DNA of 64,000 nt, taken from the NCBI GenBank assembly GCA_964016885.1, contig OZ024755.1:27032001-27096000 (forward strand), in the 5' to 3' direction. The translations under genes were made by a program, and so were the position numbers. Within the stretch, counting starts at the first letter, position 1. Each line of letters begins with the position of its first letter. The stretch is from Eledone cirrhosa (lineage: Eukaryota). Under the pieces are notes generated by a model. That model was given only the letters and a program-made list of their open reading frames with translations, did not search any database and was not told where the DNA came from. Below are positions 62,270 through 64,000 of this stretch, in pieces.

Positions 62270-63601
62270 TTTGTTTACACTTGTAGTTGGTCATTGCTGT
62301 TTTCATATCAGGGGGGGGGGGGGGTAACAATTTTTTTAGATGTTGAGGTGGGGCATGGGGCACAAAAGGTTGGGAACCACTGGTCTAGCCCTTCCAAATC
62401 AACCCTCCCTCTGCAAGTCAATAAATGTCTGCTTTTTCTAACAAAACTCTAAGAACTCTAACTTTACTCATTCATCTTTATTCCAACTTTTAAAAAAATT
62501 GTGAGCATTGGTTTCCATTGACAAGAAGCCAACATCCACTTCTAATTCTGTCAAATGGTTATATTTTCATCTGACCTTCATTGTTGATTATTGAGCTAAT
62601 CCTATGCAGTTGTAATATCACCACTTGATAAATGTTTTAATAATTAAACTAATTATTGCCACAACATTAACATCAACTAAATACAAATATGTTCTATTCT
62701 TAGATTTATTATTGTTAATAAGAAGAAACTTCTTTAGTTATAAAATATTAAAGAAATTTCTCCCTGTTGCATTATAAACCATTGAAAAATGTTCAATAGT
62801 AACTAACTTAATTTCTGATTAAATACTATTAGTCATTCAGTAATTATTTCTGAAGTAATCTCATTAAAGCTGTTATATTGATTTTTGAACTACGTAACAA
62901 TAGTTCTTCTGTGCTATTTTCCTTGGAGTACAGTAGACCTATAGATTTGATTTCTTTTCTCTAACCTCCATGAATGTCTGTATATTTAAGAGATGTTTCA
63001 TAGTAGGTGCCAAAATTTAGATACAAACTTAAAGCCTGTATTATTGATTAATTAAAGCTGTGGGTATTTATAGCCTTTCTTGACTATTTCACTTATAGAT
63101 GTCAAGTTACTTAGCTAGAGCTAAGCTGAATTGCAATTTTTCAGTAAGACTTGGTTCTACTCATTTTAATTTACTCCAGTTTGATATCTTATTAACAAAG
63201 ATTTCTAATATTGGCACAAGGCCAGTCATGTTTGAAAAAGCTACCGATGATTATATTGACTCTCATACTGACTGGTCAGGTACTTATTTTATTGATTCCT
63301 AAAGGATGAAAGGAAAAGTCAGCTGTGGCAGGACTTGAACTCAGAATATGAAGCAACATGACTAAATACTGCAAGGTATTTTTTCTGGCATACTACAAAT
63401 TCTGTCAATCTCCCACTCTAGTAGTAAATAATAATAACAATAACAATAATTTATTTATTGGCCACTAGGGCCAAAACACAAAGGACAACATAAATGAAGA
63501 GGGAGAGTGAGGGTTTACTTAAATTGAGTAAACTGAGAAAACAAAAACAGATAACAAAGTAACAATAAATTAACAACTACAACAATAATGATGATAATAA
63601 T

Positions 63602-63925
63602 AATTGTTTCTACTTTAGGCACAAGGCCAGTAATTACCCAGTGCATTACTGGTACTTTATTTTATCGACCCCGTAAGGATGAAAGGCAAAGTCAACCTTG
63701 GCGGGATTTGAACTCAGATCGTAAAGGGGCGTAACTATGCTGGAAAGCATGGCGTCCGACCCTCTACCGATACTGCCAATCCACCGCCTTATTAATTGTT
63801 TCTACTTTTGGCACAAGGCCAGCAATTACCCAGTGTATTACTGGTACTTTATTTTATCGACCCCCGAAAGGATGAAAGGCAAAGTTAACCTCGGCGGGAT
63901 TTGAACTCAGAATGGCAAGTGCTGT
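63602..63925 (-). mobile_element. Two tandem SINE family A copies
   Basis: 63602-63789 full; 63794-63925 lacks the head. Confidence 0.88.
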
Positions 63926-63951
63926 AACTTGGGGAGGAGGAAGTCAATTAA

Positions 63952-64000
63952 CCCTTTAGCATTTACATTACTCTATATATATACTATTGTATTTTTGCAG
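63952..64000. mobile_element. piggyBac-type MITE P1 cut by window edge
   Basis: TTAA-CCCTTTAGCATTTACATTACTC. Confidence 0.75.

Overview
Eukaryotic, AT-rich, repeat-saturated genomic DNA. The SINE/LINE complement and microsatellite load suggest a cephalopod, probably an octopus (inference). The only host coding sequence I can support is one exon at 40612-40829 (+), which carries the start codon and first 66 codons of WDFY3 (Alfy/blue cheese). The rest appears to be its very long flanking introns. These contain two large RTE-clade LINEs: one near full length with a PHD finger inside the ORF, one with an internal inversion and a nested CR1 fragment. They also contain CR1 and Penelope (GIY-YIG) fragments, two abundant tRNA-derived SINE families, about 20 TTAA-flanked piggyBac-type MITEs, hAT and Tc1/pogo MITEs, non-autonomous Helitrons, and several minisatellites that grew out of mobile elements. 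Most notable: (1) a near-perfect ~120-bp fold-back 310 nt downstream of the WDFY3 donor, whose arms carry a minimal hammerhead ribozyme motif; (2) a second clean minimal hammerhead at 29555; (3) a three-level hAT>Helitron>SINE nest; (4) a 48-bp module shared by LINE 3' UTRs, SINEs and expanded arrays. All calls were made by eye; no searches were run and ends of degenerate repeats are approximate.
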